Positions 63,201 through 64,000 of a stretch of DNA of 64,000 bases are shown piece after piece. Source of the stretch: Macrostomum hystrix (lineage: Eukaryota > Animalia > Platyhelminthes). The DNA lies in contig CATNEN010000030.1 in the NCBI GenBank assembly GCA_950097015.1, forward strand, positions 3,286,001 through 3,350,000. The letters run 5' to 3'. Numbering within the stretch: the first letter of the stretch is position 1; each line of letters starts with the position of its first letter. Made by a program: the position numbers and the translations under genes. A model generated the notes under the pieces. That model did not search any database. It saw only the letters and a program-made list of their open reading frames with translations, and was not told the origin of the DNA.

Positions 63201-63414
63201 TGGTACGGCTGGATTCCGCGCCTCGTGAATGACACACTGGCGCCGCAGAACTGGACCAAGGCCACCTACCAGGCGGTGCTGCCGGACAAGTCCATGACCT
63301 ACCTCACATCATTGTACTTCACCCTGTCACTGCTGACTAGTGTGGGCTTCGGTAATGTGGCCGCCTACACCGAGGGAGAGAAAGCTGTGGTGGTAGTGTT
63401 CATGCTGCTCGGAG
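48226..63414 (+). CDS. eag: Ether-a-go-go (EAG/Kv10, KCNH) voltage-gated potassium channel, 5' partial (continues beyond the window)
   Basis: Exons 48226-48304, 52104-52334, 55678-55827, 57625-57788, 60697-61095, 63003-63414, phases consistent. PAS cap [25 protein letters not shown] domain [22 protein letters not shown]...[22 protein letters not shown]4 [17 protein letters not shown], pore TSVGFGNVA (GFG filter). Confidence 0.93.
48404..51016 (+). mobile_element. SINE family 2 copy split by a 2.3-kb 19-nt minisatellite
   Basis: 5' part at 48404-48640 and 3' part CCAGGTCTAGTGTCACCAAATGATGTG...GCAGCCCTCCTGC at 50959-51016 are colinear with the 10491-10836 copy. Confidence 0.75.
48640..50950. 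repeat. 19-nt minisatellite, eag intron 1
   Basis: Unit CTACTCCATRAYACTCCAG; roughly 399-nt (21-unit) higher-order block near 50147 and 50546. Confidence 0.95.
51020..51150 (+). mobile_element. Degenerate CORE-SINE family 1 copy
   Basis: CAGTGGTTAAAG...GAGTTCG...TGTGTCCTTTTGCAAGACACTTAA...CAGCTGTAAAA. Confidence 0.55.
52405..53690. repeat. 24-nt minisatellite, eag intron 2
   Basis: Unit GTTTAGAACAGGGTTGTCACCTGT. Confidence 0.95.
54130..55325. repeat. 29-nt minisatellite rich in TTAATTAA and TAATCC, eag intron 2
   Basis: Unit CTGGAGTTTAATTAATCCCCTWCTTGGGT, about 40 copies. Confidence 0.93.
55344..55562 (+). mobile_element. CORE-SINE family 1, 3'-truncated copy
   Basis: Head GAGGTTGAAGCCTTGTGGTTAGAG...GGTTCGATTCCCG, then the CORE body and CAGTCCATGGACTGAACAG. 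Confidence 0.8.
55947..56315. repeat. 17-nt minisatellite inside a dispersed repeat, eag intron 3
   Basis: Unit GCCTACTTCAACCCRCT. Confidence 0.92.
56750..56960. repeat. 12-nt repeat, eag intron 3
   Basis: Unit ACAGGTTTTAGA. Confidence 0.9.
57810..59790. repeat. 23-nt minisatellite, eag intron 4
   Basis: Unit GAGCTCYGATTTGGGATCAGTGT. Confidence 0.95.
60320..60685. repeat. 39-nt minisatellite ending at the eag exon 5 acceptor
   Basis: Unit ACTGCTCAAACCTCTTCACCCATCCCTGTACTCACACTG. Confidence 0.93.
61225..61770. repeat. 20-nt minisatellite, eag intron 5
   Basis: Unit ATCCTGAAGTGTGCTACTCT. Confidence 0.95.
62195..62910. repeat. 21-nt polypurine minisatellite, eag intron 5
   Basis: Unit GAGAGGGGAAGATAGGMGGAT. 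Confidence 0.95.
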
Positions 63415-63519
63415 GTGAGTAAATAGACCTAACCTGTGCTTAACATTGTGCTCACTTTTCTAGGTGTTCTCGTATTTTTACATGTTCTGACACTGAGGCG
63501 TCTAACCCTCTCTTTGGTG

Positions 63520-64000
63520 TCTCTGTGGTGTCTATGGGGTGTCTGAGTCTCACTTGGGTGTCTCTCGGGTGTCTGAGTCTCTCTGGGGTGTCTGAGTCTC
63601 ACTTGGGTATCTCTGGGGTGTCTGAGTCTCACTTGGGTATCTCTGGGGTGTCTGAGTCTCCTTGGGGTGTCTCTGGGGTGTCTGAGTCTCACATGGGGTG
63701 TCTCTGGGGTGTCTGAGTCTCACATGGGGTGTCTCTGGGGTGTCTGAGTCTCACATGGGGTGTCTCTGGGGTGTCTGAGTCTCACTTGGGTATATCTGGG
63801 GTGTCTGAGTCTCCTTGGGGTGTCTCTGGGGTGTCTGAGTCTCACTTGGTATATCTGGGGTGTCTGAGTCTCCTTGGGGTGTCTCTGGGGGGTGTCTGAG
63901 TCTCACTTGGGGTGTCTCTGGGGTGTCTGAGTCTCACTTGGGTGTCTCTGGGGTGTCTGAGTCTCACTTGGGTGTCTCTTGGGTGTCTGAGTCTCACTTG
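63520..64000. repeat. About 31-nt minisatellite, eag intron 6, runs off the window
   Basis: Unit GGGGTGTCTGAGTCTCACTTGGGGTGTCTCT and variants. Confidence 0.9.

Overview
Eukaryotic (animal) genomic DNA, not a prokaryotic window: spliced GT-AG genes with GC-rich exons and AT-rich introns, most introns over about 0.6 kb carrying their own 12-39 nt minisatellite. This texture resembles the flatworm Macrostomum (inference from recall, not verified). I reconstructed five genes exon by exon with consistent splice phases. (1) Nardilysin, an M16A metallopeptidase, + strand, 15 exons, 2115-25320, about 1155 aa. (2) A two-exon, 168-aa four-transmembrane gene nested antisense in nardilysin intron 12 (20209 to 14417), which the ORF track shows only as two unconnected fragments. 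(3) Rhophilin (HR1-BRO1-PDZ) with two polyQ tracts, +, about 26010-33727. (4) A geminin-family protein with a shortened coiled coil, +, 44658-45685. (5) The 5' part of an EAG/KCNH potassium channel, +, 48226 to beyond 63414. Mobile DNA includes a 6.3-kb Mutator/foldback-type element (35972-42294; 1.03-kb TIRs, 9-bp TSD) carrying two convergent ORFs (a PHD finger and an unknown repeat protein), two MITEs with 8-bp TSDs, a tRNA-headed CORE-SINE family and a second SINE family. Several minisatellites demonstrably arose inside these elements. No rRNA, genuine tRNA or CRISPR array was found. All homology calls come from motif recognition and recall; no searches were run.
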